A DNA stretch of 64,000 bases from an uncultured Bacteroidota bacterium (GCA_963768145.1 CAVYHK010000033.1:291756-355755), one strand, 5' to 3'; shown: positions 27,108-37,870, counted from the first letter of the stretch. Numbers and translations are program-made. The notes: generated from the sequence alone by a model not told the origin.

Positions 27108-27480
27108 CAATTTTAGCTTATTCAAAAGAGCACTTTACATTCTTTCGATCTCCCGACTGTCTTCATACATCTGGTTGAACTCTTGCGGGTTTATATGTTT
27201 TGGATTCAACGCACTTTGTAATCAAGTCTGAATCTCAAAAATTGAGCCCATCGCTATCTGGAGAGACCTCACATAGTCACCGGATGATTTCCTTCCGTAA
27301 CCTTCAGCGATATTACTCGGAATCGATATTGAACATCTTCGAATTTGTGACACCAAACCGTTCTTCTTTCGGAAAAGCCCTCGTCAATTTATAGATTTCG
27401 GTAACGAGCAAAATAGATTTTTGCCAAACAATCAGATCGCTGTATGTTTTGACGATCTTTCTATCTGCTTCCATCTTCAT
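27108..27480 (-). pseudogene. Decayed four-helix-bundle protein gene (23S rRNA intervening-sequence protein family)
   Basis: My own minus-strand translation: MKMEADRKIVKTYSDLIVWQKSILLVTEIYKLTRAFPKEERFGV / frame change near 27348 / QIRRCSISIPSNIAEGYGRKSSGDYVRSLQIAMGSIFEIQT-TGA(27222-27224)-LQSALNPKHINPQEFNQMYEDSREIERM-TAA(27135-27137)-SALLNKLKL. The family signature is ..W.......IY.L...FPKEE..G...QIRR...SI.SNIAEG.GR. All pieces are under 60 aa, so none appears in the ORF track. Confidence 0.85.
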
Positions 27481-27513
27481 TGCCTTGTGCCTTAGTCTCT
27501 TTGTGCCTTCTTC
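27481..27513. repeat. Octamer-periodic array; minus strand reads AAGGCACA AAGAGACT AAGGCACA AGGCA
   Basis: Read directly, immediately upstream of the pseudogene ATG. It overlaps the stop codon of the hydrolase gene 27512-28312. Confidence 0.75.
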
Positions 27514-28312
27514 ATAGGCTGTTTTTTCTCAAAAAACCGACCAGTGCCGAGTTGAATTCCTTGGCATTCTCAAGGTTGGAAAGATGTCCTGCACCGTGGA
27601 TCAGGACAAACTCCGAATTCTTTATCTTTGAACTCATCAATTCCGCATCTGTTTTTGTGGCGACCTTGTCCTTTTCGCCAGTTATGATCAGCGTGGGCGC
27701 AGAGATCTTTTTGAGACTTTCTGTCATGTCCATTCTTGCTGCAAGTGCAATTAGCGTCCCGATAAGCGCCGCATCATGAGTCGACTTCATGATTGAAATA
27801 ATCTTGTCCACCGCAGCTTTAATGCTTTCAAGACTTTCGGGGGCAAACAGAGAGCGCGCCATATCCTCGGCAAACTGAGATTTGCCCCCTGCAAGAATCA
27901 TTTTGATCTGGTTCGCACGATTCAGCTTTGCTGCGTTCGTATCTCCCGAGCTTTTAGTGTTGCACAGAACTACGCCGGAAATACGAGACGGCTCACGGTC
28001 AACAGCCCGCAGCGCAGCATAACCGCCGATTGAAAGTCCGCACACAACGGCTTTCCCTAATCCGACATGGTCCATCACTTCAAACAGATCATCGACAATA
28101 AACTCCACCAGATACTGGCCGCTCCCGACATCGCTCTCGCCATGTCCTCGCAAATCGAACGCGACCACATAATGATCCTTTGAAAGGAGCTTGCTTTGCT
28201 CGTCCCACATTGATTTGTCAAACGGAAAACCATGGATGAAGACTATGCCGCGGTTTTTATTTTCGCCAAAAGCATTGTAGAAAATCCTGCCATTCGATGT
28301 CTTTACGAACAT
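27512..28312 (-). CDS. Alpha/beta-fold hydrolase (3-oxoadipate enol-lactonase-like)
   Basis: 266 aa: IVFIHGFPFD, nucleophile elbow GLSIGGYAA, C-terminal GAGHLSNLE. Confidence 0.8.
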   Translation of the reverse strand: MFVKTSNGRIFYNAFGENKNRGIVFIHGFPFDKSMWDEQSKLLSKDHYVVAFDLRGHGESDVGSGQYLVEFIVDDLFEVMDHVGLGKAVVCGLSIGGYAALRAVDREPSRISGVVLCNTKSSGDTNAAKLNRANQIKMILAGGKSQFAEDMARSLFAPESLESIKAAVDKIISIMKSTHDAALIGTLIALAARMDMTESLKKISAPTLIITGEKDKVATKTDAELMSSKIKNSEFVLIHGAGHLSNLENAKEFNSALVGFLRKNSL

Positions 28313-28477
28313 TTTTCCTCCTGTTTTGGAACTTTGCGATTCTCCTTCTTCCCTAAACGCTCGATGATCCTGCCGCCATTAACCATGACTATCTTTGATT
28401 TCCCCGGTCTTTCTTTATGAAATTCCACGTGTTGTCTTCGGCAAGAGAACTGATCTGCTGAGGCAAGTTTGCAATAA

Positions 28478-28945
28478 TTAGGTTTTTGGGTCAGATTCTC
28501 TTTTCTTCGCAAAGAATTCTCTAAGGAGTATCCGTGAATCTTCCTCCAATATTCCGGAGATCGCCTCCACATGATGGTTCAACCGTTCATCCTGAATGAT
28601 GTTGTAGATCGTGGAACATGCACCCATTTTCGGATCGAAAGACCCGAACACCAGTCTATCAAGCCGAGAAAGAACAATTGCTCCCGCACACATCGGGCAC
28701 GGCTCGAGTGTAACATAGAGAGTGCATCCTTTCAGTCTCCAGCTTCCGAGGTGGTTTGCGGCAGACCCGATCGCGATTACCTCCGCATGAGCTGTCGGAT
28801 CCTGAAGCATTTCAACCTGGTTGTGTGCTCGCGCGATAATTGATCCGTTTTTGACAATTATCGCACCAACCGGCACTTCGTTTTTCTTATACGCCTCTTC
28901 TGCCTCTTTCAATGCGGCAGCCATGAAATGTTGATGGTCGATCAT
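28478..28945 (-). CDS. tadA: tRNA-specific adenosine deaminase
   Basis: 155 aa: HAEVIAIG ... PCPMCAGAIVLSR is the CDA zinc motif. Overall TadA pattern. Confidence 0.9.
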   Translation of the reverse strand: MIDHQHFMAAALKEAEEAYKKNEVPVGAIIVKNGSIIARAHNQVEMLQDPTAHAEVIAIGSAANHLGSWRLKGCTLYVTLEPCPMCAGAIVLSRLDRLVFGSFDPKMGACSTIYNIIQDERLNHHVEAISGILEEDSRILLREFFAKKRESDPKT

Positions 28946-28946
28946 G

Positions 28947-28988
28947 TTTGAAATTCAAAATTTTAAATTTTCAATTTTTAATTAATGC
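28947..28988. repeat. Heptamer-periodic AT-rich array TTTGAAA TTCAAAA TTTTAAA TTTTCAA TTTTTAA TTAATGC
   Basis: Read directly, between the tadA start and the sprA stop. It shares AAATTCAAAATT, in inverted orientation, with 25858-25876. Confidence 0.8.
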
Positions 28989-29030
28989 TCTGCAATCCAG
29001 AACTCGAAATTCAATATTTAAGATTTTCCG

Positions 29031-32000
29031 TTATCCCGCAATAGAAACATGCACGTCCACGCCGGCCTCGTTAGTTGTCGTGCCCGGAACGAGAGATGCA
29101 GGAATAGTAGGAATAATCTTCGTGTTGCGATAATAGATTGATGCGGTCACCCGCTGGCTAATATCATATTTGAATCGTATTTCCAGCGTCGTCTGTGTGG
29201 TGCCGCTTATCGGTGTTCCGGCGGCGCTAGAATTGTCCATGCTAAATGACGACGACGTGGAGGCAGCACTTGAATATGTCGCGCTTATGTCAACATCATT
29301 TTGCAGGTTCAGTCCGAACAACGGAATGGAGAATCCTTTCTTTGCATAGTCGGCCGTGATCGTAAGTTGCCCGGTATGCTGATTCGTAACCGGCTGAGTA
29401 GCTGACGGGTTCAAGCCATATTGGTCGGAGGTATTATAAAGGACGGAGCCTGATATCGTGGCATCCCCGATACTCTTGAATGCAATGTTGAGACCAGCCA
29501 AAGGCTGGAAACCGTAAGAGATCGCTTGTGCGTCGTTGACCTGGGCGGCTCCATTCGTGATATGCCAGTTTTCCGAATATGTCGATTGGTAGGCATGGGT
29601 GAAGCTCACGTGCGTCGCGAAACTCTTGAAGAGCGGAAGCTGCTCCAGACCATCCCAGCTAAAGGAGTAATTCACCCGAGGCATGTATTGTCCGAATATT
29701 TTGTCAAGAATGGGAAGAGTTTCAAACCCCTTGACAAATGCCTGTGAAAGTTTTTGCTGGTCGGTGGATTGTGAGTCATACGGATCAAGGTTTTTCGCAC
29801 TCTGGTAGTCAGACGCTACCTGGTTTATTCCACTTTTAAAAAATTTAAAAATGAAGACCGGCGGAATCGTAAGGAAGCTTTTGTTGACCTGGCCGGCAAG
29901 GGAAATATTAGTTAAGCCGGCGCTATCGATTGGATTACCCTGTGCATCGGTTTGGTATGTGAGGTTGCGGTTGTAGCTCCACCCGACATGCCACGATAGG
30001 TCAATTCTCGCACCCTGCCATAAGTTTCGTGATGTCTTGATGTCAAGTGAATTTGTGTTACTAAAGTTATCTGTAACTTGGACGCCCGGACCGGGGATTC
30101 TCGTCGTTGGGGTTTGGTCAAACCCAAAGAACGGGAACCCGTTCTTCTTGAAGAAAACGAGTTTGCCATAGGGATCGGAAACGAGTCCGAGTTGATATAA
30201 CTGCGAAGGTCCCAGCGAGGAATTACTTTCCTGAATGAAAGGTACTCTGAAAAAATTACCCATCCCCGGCCGGAGAGACGGCAATCCGCCGTTCTGCGAC
30301 GTGTTCGCTGATGAAAAGTTTATCGAAATGCTCTCAAAATTCAAGAATGGTGTTTTGATCAGGAGACTTGCAATGTTGCCGATTTGATTTCCCTTCGTTG
30401 ATGTACCACTCGCAGATGTTGTATCGGCGGTGGTTTCAAACTCCTCACGTCCACGCCCACGTCCGCCCGGGTTTGCCACCGGAGGTGGTTGCTGTTGCTG
30501 CTGGGCGGGGACAGGAGTTGTGGTCGCCGCCGCACTCTGTGTGGACGTGTTTCCGAACCATGGATCCGTCAGCAGTTTCAGACGGATGGTGGAGCCTAAT
30601 TGCAATGTTCCGTTTGTGCCTGATCCTCTCCCGTATTGTGCCTGCTGCAAAGAGTTGCTCCAATGATATGCGGAATTGTAGCTCGCCTGCATATCAAGAT
30701 ACTGTTGGAGGTTAAATGGAAGTTTGGGCTGTGTTGTCAGCGAAAACTGTTGAGAATAGTCATAGTCGGTGCCGAAATTTACAAGACCGTTGTTAAGAAA
30801 TATCTGACTAAACACATACGAGTTTGGCCGGGGACGAGGTTGTTGCCCCGCAGATAGTCCGGCTGTATCCACGTCAATCGTGTAAAGCGAGCTACTTATG
30901 TTGAAGCGATAGTCAATAGTTGGATTTAGTATTCCGTTATTAGTAATCTGCCAGTTGAAGCCTCCCGACCGCTGCGCCGTGAAGGTCGGATTTATTCTCG
31001 TCGTTGTTTGCGTCCAGTAATCTTCGGTTGTAAGCATTCTCGACGCGCTCATCGATAGACTCAATGAATTCGGCAAATACCTTATGCGGAAGTCCTGGCC
31101 GAGAGAAGCCGCCGAAGGAGCGGTTGCTGGCGGATTAGTGCCCTCCGGATTTCCTAGTGTCGGGTTAAAGCTGGGAACAACTGGATTTGAGACAGGTGTG
31201 GTACTCAAGGTCGGCTTGTTCTTCGAGGGGAATGGCGTATACCACGCCGCCGGATCAAACTGCAAGGAGTATCCGCTCTGGAAATTCCACGTCCATTGAT
31301 TTCCCGTCTTGACCTGAGTGTCTCTGTAATTCGAGCCGGACCAACTGTAACCCAGTGAAATGTCATTGATGATATCCTTGGCGTACCATTTTGTTGACGG
31401 AATAGCTATGCGCAATGTGGGAATCGACCACGAATCCTGAACTCTGAGGGTCTGCGAGCTGACACGCAGGCTGTCTGCCTGAGATGCGGCCTCTGCCGAG
31501 GACATTCCCTCATCCACCAGATGCAGTGCCCGTTTTGACACTGCTTCGCTCACGAGGATATCGCTGCCGGCAAGGTACAGCGGGTTTGAAAAACTCTCGA
31601 CGTGCGAATAGGAAAAGGGTATTGTCGTTCCCTGCCACTCGCGCGGTAGAAGCCTTTCAAGGCTGAGCGATGTACTAACCGCCCAATTCTGTTCTGTGTT
31701 TAACGATCCAAATTGTGTCGTGAGTCCATGGAAATACGGATCGGTCTTCGAAAAATTGAACGAAAGCGAGCCGAGGTCGGCAAGCTGGAGCGAAGCATCA
31801 AATCTATAAGCACCACCCGGGGTATTATCGGCGTTCGTGAGTCGAAGCTCATCCACATAGACGGAGCCTCGGAGTATAGTTGCACTTCCCGGTCTCGCGT
31901 TTGCGATACCGATTTGGAAATAAGAAACGTTCATTAACGATGGATTTCCCTGGAGCCAATAAGTGGAGCCCGGTACCCCATTTCCAGCAGACTGGGGCAA

Positions 32001-35000
32001 AACATGTGGCTGGTTTACGGAGTCTCGACGCTGCTTGATCGCGGTCAGCTCGGCGAAATTGATGGTTGCATCTTCCCAACCGGCTCGTAACGGCGGCTGG
32101 TTTGCGTATCTTACCGGCTGTCGATACTCGTAAAAATTCATAGAGTCACTTCCGAATCTTAAGTAGATGTCGGCGTCATGGTTTGCCGAATCGTGTGAAT
32201 CATAATAAAAATTAGGATCTCCATGAATGAAGAATTTCATGTTCTTATAATGGAAAACATTAAGCGCGGTTGGAAAATATTTGAACACGTATCTTGAATC
32301 TCCCCCGTGCAAGCCGTTCAGGATCAAATCGAGAGATTGCTCATTAAGCAGAAGGTTTTGTGTCGGATTTGAGTGATCAACAGGCTGCAAGCCATCGACA
32401 GGAGCCTGGTAGCCGGGGTTATCAAAAACATTAACCACAGAGGACTGCATTGTGGTATCCTTCACGTTCGGTACTCGCCAGTAGTTTCCGACTAAATCCA
32501 TTTCGGCTATGTGCACCAGCATAGGCGATGTCATACCATCGAGCCAAATTCTGACGGATTGCACTACAGAGAGGCTCGGGCTTCCTATGACCTTGGAAGT
32601 ATCCTTAAGCGGGATGATGTATTGATACCATCCTTTATTGCCGCCGCCATTGATGTATTTATTGTTGACGGTGTCCAACCCCACGTTATATTCATAATAA
32701 CTGTTTGTCTGATCCAAGAAACGATTATGGTTTAAATCTTCACCATCGGGAAGAAGCCCTGTTGCTGTAACGCTATTATACTTCGTACCATTTACTCTAA
32801 AATAGTTGCCGTTGTTTACATCTGCGAAGTAGGTGCCTCCATCCGGATCTGCAGTAAGAGTATCATTAACATTCCACCATGGACGATCTGGATTTTGGGC
32901 GATCCATGGAAACATTGTATTTTCTTGTTCCGTGGTGAGCTGGTCTATTCCAAGGTCGTTGTCCCGCACTCCTAATCCTGTGGTGTCTTCAGAACGAAAG
33001 ACACCGTCGCCGAAAATATCCTCGCTCATCTGACCTATGTCAATGTGCATGGTTCCTCTGGTGCGGACTGAATCGTCGATCTTCATCCAAATTTCCAGAT
33101 AGTTTATGTTTTGCGATACAAGATCGCTGGCGTTTGAAGAGAGATCCAACATCATGCCGCCCCAGGCCAGCTTTGCTAGTTTTGGATTGCTATAATTAGT
33201 ATCCAAAGTGCTCGCTATATTGCGGGATCTGTTATACTGACCCCTTATGCCGCCTAAGAATCCGACATTCAAAACGGTAACCGTCTGTTGGTCCGCAGCC
33301 ACCTGTTTCTGCGGCCAGATATCTTTAGAGAGCGTGGTAGGCGGCTGCACATTGTACCAGTATGCCCATCCGCGATAATTGTTTTTAGTTGAGTCCGGTA
33401 TCTGCTGGTTGAGTACGGAATCCACGGCAGTATTCTTCGGTGGACTTGCTATCGACCACGAAGAATAATTTATCGGCAGCGGAATGGTTCGTTTGGCTCC
33501 CTCGAAGTCATCTATATACGCAACGCCCTGTCCGTTGTCATCCGGAATAGGGCTAGCTCTCGTGTTCGGAGTAGGAAGCATATAGGCACCCTCGCCATGC
33601 AAAGTCAATTTTGAGGGAGCGGCCGTCTGAATCAGCGGAAGCGCATCGAGAGCTTTCGTAAGAAAAGGGAGATCGAGAGAAGTTCCGCCGTCAACACCGA
33701 GAATCATGTTGCTCATCGGCTCCTCCCCGACCTGAACTTTATCGTTCGGCGACTGCAGTGAATAATTCATCAATGTGAATCCAAGTCCCGTCTGATCATT
33801 GATTTTTAGATCCCCCCGAAGCCCGCTGAGTGATTTTGAAGCTATTTGGAAAAGATCGTTCGTCTCGTATTGAATCTGGACGTTCGCACCTGTCACAAGC
33901 GCCGCTTGATTTCTTATCGTTAGCTCGCCTGTAAGATAATCAATTGAGTAGTCCTGGTCGGGAACCAGCGGTTGTCCGTTCAAGATAACCTTGACGCTCC
34001 CCTGGACAAGATTGAACCCAAGATTGATCTTTGACGAGCTTGAACCGACATACGAGCCGGTTATAGAAAAGAGGTTGTGAATATCGGACGTGTAAACATC
34101 CGATGTGGTGTCATAAATGGTGCTGTATGAAATGGAATCCGGATTCGGGATCGCTAAGCTCCCCAATTGATGAAACGCCTCGACAAACGGCTGGATGAAC
34201 GGCAGAATTATCTCACCCCGTGCAGGATCTATGTCGACATTTTCATTGTAGTAGAAAGTATTCTGTGCGCCTACCGTGCCGGTCCCATCGAGATGGAACA
34301 GATGCACAAGGCTAATCCCGTTGATGTTATCCTGTGCGGTTGTACCGGAGGGCGTGTAGAGTATCTTTAAGTCTTTTATCGAGCTCTGATTGAGATTCGA
34401 TCCTCCGAGAGGGTATATGTTTCGAAGTATCAGTCGCCAGGCTTCTGCATAGTTGCCGCCCGGATTCTTAAGATTCGCAGGTTTCACAAGTTTAAGGACG
34501 AGCCGGTCATTTGATGATGTGTCTGCATAAGAGAACGTTCCATAGGTACTGTCGCCTTGAGTTCTGTAAACGACCGCTATCACCTGCTCGTCCGAGTAGC
34601 TGCTGTTGAGAGTTAAAACACCGGTGTTCTTGTCGATAGTAAACTGCGAGTTATCAAGCTTGATAAAATTCCCATATTCAACTTTTCCTGGTGTGGCCGC
34701 GATGGGATTATCGATGCTTTTATTTCTGAGGCTATTATAATAATCACCGTTCGATTTGTTATTAGATTTAAGGTCCATCACTGCAACGCATGATCGGACA
34801 TTAGGATTTCCGGCAGGATTGAAAACCGATTCGTAGACTTCATAATCGGTAATAATCAGAGTCAGGTCGTCTATGTTAACACGATTGGATTGATAATAGT
34901 CCTCATATTCGTGGATATAATTTGTATCAATGAAGAAATGATTTGTCGAAAAATCATAAGCGTGAAGGTTGAAGGTCTGTGCTGACGATCCGCCGTTATA

Positions 35001-36245
35001 AGTTATTGCTTTCCCCTGCGCTTTTTGCTGGCTTGCAAGACCCGTCAGCGTAAGCGGGCCAAACTGAGCCGTCGCTTTAATTCCGAACAGAGCCTGACTG
35101 CTCCCTATGAACGACGAATTCGTTGACATCGAGACATTTCCCGCTTCTACGGTCTTGATAATCTCATCGTCGTAACCCGTGTATTTTATGTGAAGCTGGT
35201 TTTCGTAGTCAAACTGGTTTTGGGTGTCCCAGTTTGCTCCGATACCCAGCTTGTCCCCTACCGTTCCATCGACGTTTATCTGGACATCCTGCTTGAAGTC
35301 CGGCTGGTTCGTCACGTTGCCTAACGCCGAGAGCGTTTGCTGATTGGTCTTCTGATTTCTCCATGCACCGTGAACATCGACCGCACCCGATATTTTTAGA
35401 TCGATCCGGGGAGGGCCAAAAATGCTGAGGACAGGATTAGCAGGAATCGGGATGTCTATGTTGGTGATTCCCGACATCAGCGAGCCGAGCTGGTTTTCCG
35501 CCGACTTCGAGACGTACGTGTGTGCGAGGTCATCCCATGTCTGCTCGGTGAAATGTTTTTGTTCAAGCTTGACGTACTCATTCAACGGAACCTGGATCGG
35601 GACTTTGATGTCCTTCCCCCAAAGCGTCTCCCGAATACCAACGAAGTTCCCGACACTGTCGATAGCAGTGGTCCTCTGTATTACGGTCGAATAGAGAAAA
35701 AGCGGATAATGATATTCCGGGAAAGTTTGCGCTTGTGGATAATCACGTCTTATATCGGATAACCACTTAGAAAGCTTCAACGAATCTAAGCAAAGCGTGT
35801 CGGACTTTATTTTCGATGAATCGGTTGAAGTCAGCACCGTGTCATTTTTGCTCTTGACCAGAAGAGTATCGAGTGTGCCCCTTGCTGAAAGGCTGTCATG
35901 GAATGTGTTGGTGCGGATGGCAGGTACGGTGTCATTCTTTCGGTTCACCGAATCGGCAACGAAGCCTTTAGTCGTGTCCTGGTTTGTCCGAATAGCAGAA
36001 GGGCTCTTTTCGGACGCTCCCTTCGGGCCAGGAAACTTCTGAGCGCCCGTTCCGCTGCTGTCTTGTCCAGGAGAGCGTTTTGACGAAGCAGAATCTTCAT
36101 GTGTTAACCCAGGTGGGTAATTTCCGACTTTCGTTGCGTGCCTAAAGCATCCGGTAAAGACAAATGCCCATACCACTCCGCAGATCATGAACATGAGAAG
36201 AGTCGGGGGCGCAAAGCGACTTATGATAGCCTTGAAGTTCTTCAC
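29031..36245 (-). CDS. sprA: T9SS outer-membrane translocon SprA/Sov-like giant beta-barrel protein (2404 aa)
   Basis: Size, N-terminal membrane anchor/signal (LMFMICGVVWAFVFTGC), beta-strand-rich composition along the whole length and the T9SS cargo proteins in the same window all fit SprA. Assignment rests on overall family resemblance, not on one motif. Confidence 0.75.
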   Translation of the reverse strand: MKNFKAIISRFAPPTLLMFMICGVVWAFVFTGCFRHATKVGNYPPGLTHEDSASSKRSPGQDSSGTGAQKFPGPKGASEKSPSAIRTNQDTTKGFVADSVNRKNDTVPAIRTNTFHDSLSARGTLDTLLVKSKNDTVLTSTDSSKIKSDTLCLDSLKLSKWLSDIRRDYPQAQTFPEYHYPLFLYSTVIQRTTAIDSVGNFVGIRETLWGKDIKVPIQVPLNEYVKLEQKHFTEQTWDDLAHTYVSKSAENQLGSLMSGITNIDIPIPANPVLSIFGPPRIDLKISGAVDVHGAWRNQKTNQQTLSALGNVTNQPDFKQDVQINVDGTVGDKLGIGANWDTQNQFDYENQLHIKYTGYDDEIIKTVEAGNVSMSTNSSFIGSSQALFGIKATAQFGPLTLTGLASQQKAQGKAITYNGGSSAQTFNLHAYDFSTNHFFIDTNYIHEYEDYYQSNRVNIDDLTLIITDYEVYESVFNPAGNPNVRSCVAVMDLKSNNKSNGDYYNSLRNKSIDNPIAATPGKVEYGNFIKLDNSQFTIDKNTGVLTLNSSYSDEQVIAVVYRTQGDSTYGTFSYADTSSNDRLVLKLVKPANLKNPGGNYAEAWRLILRNIYPLGGSNLNQSSIKDLKILYTPSGTTAQDNINGISLVHLFHLDGTGTVGAQNTFYYNENVDIDPARGEIILPFIQPFVEAFHQLGSLAIPNPDSISYSTIYDTTSDVYTSDIHNLFSITGSYVGSSSSKINLGFNLVQGSVKVILNGQPLVPDQDYSIDYLTGELTIRNQAALVTGANVQIQYETNDLFQIASKSLSGLRGDLKINDQTGLGFTLMNYSLQSPNDKVQVGEEPMSNMILGVDGGTSLDLPFLTKALDALPLIQTAAPSKLTLHGEGAYMLPTPNTRASPIPDDNGQGVAYIDDFEGAKRTIPLPINYSSWSIASPPKNTAVDSVLNQQIPDSTKNNYRGWAYWYNVQPPTTLSKDIWPQKQVAADQQTVTVLNVGFLGGIRGQYNRSRNIASTLDTNYSNPKLAKLAWGGMMLDLSSNASDLVSQNINYLEIWMKIDDSVRTRGTMHIDIGQMSEDIFGDGVFRSEDTTGLGVRDNDLGIDQLTTEQENTMFPWIAQNPDRPWWNVNDTLTADPDGGTYFADVNNGNYFRVNGTKYNSVTATGLLPDGEDLNHNRFLDQTNSYYEYNVGLDTVNNKYINGGGNKGWYQYIIPLKDTSKVIGSPSLSVVQSVRIWLDGMTSPMLVHIAEMDLVGNYWRVPNVKDTTMQSSVVNVFDNPGYQAPVDGLQPVDHSNPTQNLLLNEQSLDLILNGLHGGDSRYVFKYFPTALNVFHYKNMKFFIHGDPNFYYDSHDSANHDADIYLRFGSDSMNFYEYRQPVRYANQPPLRAGWEDATINFAELTAIKQRRDSVNQPHVLPQSAGNGVPGSTYWLQGNPSLMNVSYFQIGIANARPGSATILRGSVYVDELRLTNADNTPGGAYRFDASLQLADLGSLSFNFSKTDPYFHGLTTQFGSLNTEQNWAVSTSLSLERLLPREWQGTTIPFSYSHVESFSNPLYLAGSDILVSEAVSKRALHLVDEGMSSAEAASQADSLRVSSQTLRVQDSWSIPTLRIAIPSTKWYAKDIINDISLGYSWSGSNYRDTQVKTGNQWTWNFQSGYSLQFDPAAWYTPFPSKNKPTLSTTPVSNPVVPSFNPTLGNPEGTNPPATAPSAASLGQDFRIRYLPNSLSLSMSASRMLTTEDYWTQTTTRINPTFTAQRSGGFNWQITNNGILNPTIDYRFNISSSLYTIDVDTAGLSAGQQPRPRPNSYVFSQIFLNNGLVNFGTDYDYSQQFSLTTQPKLPFNLQQYLDMQASYNSAYHWSNSLQQAQYGRGSGTNGTLQLGSTIRLKLLTDPWFGNTSTQSAAATTTPVPAQQQQQPPPVANPGGRGRGREEFETTADTTSASGTSTKGNQIGNIASLLIKTPFLNFESISINFSSANTSQNGGLPSLRPGMGNFFRVPFIQESNSSLGPSQLYQLGLVSDPYGKLVFFKKNGFPFFGFDQTPTTRIPGPGVQVTDNFSNTNSLDIKTSRNLWQGARIDLSWHVGWSYNRNLTYQTDAQGNPIDSAGLTNISLAGQVNKSFLTIPPVFIFKFFKSGINQVASDYQSAKNLDPYDSQSTDQQKLSQAFVKGFETLPILDKIFGQYMPRVNYSFSWDGLEQLPLFKSFATHVSFTHAYQSTYSENWHITNGAAQVNDAQAISYGFQPLAGLNIAFKSIGDATISGSVLYNTSDQYGLNPSATQPVTNQHTGQLTITADYAKKGFSIPLFGLNLQNDVDISATYSSAASTSSSFSMDNSSAAGTPISGTTQTTLEIRFKYDISQRVTASIYYRNTKIIPTIPASLVPGTTTNEAGVDVHVSIAG

Positions 36246-36770
36246 TTATACAGACTGCTTATGCGATACTATTCGAGAACTGAGTTTATTAACACTTTAG
36301 CAATCTGTATGTATAGACAACTCCATTGGCTTTAATGAGTCCTGTGGTCAAAAAAATATCAAAGCCTTCAGTAAATATCAAGCAAAGAAGACGTGCCCCC
36401 TTCAGGTGGTCGGTAAATCGCGCAAAGCTGAGATTTCAATCACAGATTCTGATTAATTATTTACTTGAGGGTTGCAGCTCACACTGTGAAGGAATTAACA
36501 GATTTTCGCGCAGCGGGTCGACATTTGCACCGGAGAATGCTATGTTACTGTCGGACCGGACGGTCACGGTATGGATTGGGGAATGGGTATTTGAACACGT
36601 TTTACGGCTTTTCAAGATGCCGTGACGGAATTTTTAGTGAAAGAGAATGGTTATCTAGATTGAACAGCGGTTGAACCGAAGGTACCTTTCTACAGGCGTC
36701 TTCCGCTCTTAGCCAGATGATTCACTGTTTTAGTGAAAACCGATGGAGTGATGGGAAGGAGGCAAACAGA

Positions 36771-37184
36771 ATGGACGACTTTTCCACCAAACGGGACATG
36801 ACAGAAACGGATGAAACAATTCTCATAGCTGAGGATGACGCAGCAATCCGCGAGTTAATGGTCGACGTTCTCGAAGCTGCGGGTTACTCGGTTCTTGCCA
36901 CCGCAAATGGACTTGAGGCAATCGAGGTCTTCAAGAAAAGCAAAGAGAATGTATGTCTTGTAATCCTAGATAAGATCATGCCCAAGATGAACGGCGACGA
37001 GACATTCCGAGCGTTGAAAAAGATGGGACTCGATGTTCCAGTCCTCCTTTCAAGTGGATACCACAACGAAGAAAAAGAGTTACTTGCTGACGGGGTCGAC
37101 GGTTTTATCCCGAAGCCGTACAGAATTGATGAGCTTGTCGAAAAAGTAAAGTCGACTTTTGACAATTGGAAAAAGGTTAAGTAA
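36771..37184 (+). CDS. Stand-alone receiver-domain response regulator (CheY-like)
   Basis: The ATG at 36771 follows GGAGG. ILIAEDDAAIRELMVDVLEAAGYSV...VILDKIMPKMNGDETF...GFIPKPY. Confidence 0.85.
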   Translation: MDDFSTKRDMTETDETILIAEDDAAIRELMVDVLEAAGYSVLATANGLEAIEVFKKSKENVCLVILDKIMPKMNGDETFRALKKMGLDVPVLLSSGYHNEEKELLADGVDGFIPKPYRIDELVEKVKSTFDNWKKVK

Positions 37185-37199
37185 AAATCTGCAACAACG

Positions 37200-37610
37200 T
37201 CAACCATTAAGTCCATTTACTTTTCTGAATGCTTCATCATTAGGCTCCCATAACTCGATCTTGTTTCCTTCGGGGTCCATGACCCAGCCAAATTTCCCGT
37301 GGTTGTATCTCTCGATTTCTCCAACTACATCGACTCCTTCTTTCCTTAGCTGTTCAATTAAAGCCTCAAGGTTCTCAACGCGGTAGTTCACCATGAAATC
37401 CTTCTTGGACGGGGGGAAATAATTGGTCCCCTCTTCAAATGGCGCCCATACCGTATGTCCAAAATTATCAGGCTTATCTTTTTGCTTCCACTCGAAGACG
37501 CCGCTCTCACCAACCGGAGAAATGCCAAGGTGTTCATGGTACCACTGCAAGATACTCCTTGGACTCTCGCACTTGAAGAAAATCCCACCAATACCTGTCG
37601 CGCGTTTCAT
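37200..37610 (-). CDS. VOC-family (glyoxalase/bleomycin-resistance fold) protein
   Basis: 136 aa: GIGGIFFKCESP....WY.EHLGI ... FGWVMDPEGNKIELWEP is a typical VOC pattern. Confidence 0.75.
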   Translation of the reverse strand: MKRATGIGGIFFKCESPRSILQWYHEHLGISPVGESGVFEWKQKDKPDNFGHTVWAPFEEGTNYFPPSKKDFMVNYRVENLEALIEQLRKEGVDVVGEIERYNHGKFGWVMDPEGNKIELWEPNDEAFRKVNGLNG

Positions 37611-37870
37611 AAATTCTCCTCCTTCCGAAAACTGATAACAGATCCATATTTGTATGCAACGAAGAAAATTCTCTTGAATGGATAGAGAACTTTCCCGTCA
37701 GGAGGTAAAGCATCAGATTCATACACTCTCCAATGAAATAGATCGTTTTCCATTCGGTAATTAAAGAATATTTCCCCACACGCTCAACGGTTTCATTTTA
37801 ATCGAAAGATGGAACAAGCTCAAGTAAGGGCGCACCTGCAGTTCCTGTTCGCTCGGAGAGATAATTCGGA

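Noticed and set aside
28303-28572. 89-aa minus-strand ORF bridging the hydrolase and tadA genes
   Set aside because: It overlaps both well-supported genes at its ends and has no independent support.
36326-36625. 99-aa ORF in the sprA / response-regulator divergent spacer (also 17806-18060, 84 aa)
   Set aside because: There is no SD, no recognisable family and atypical composition. Both were treated as non-coding promoter regions.
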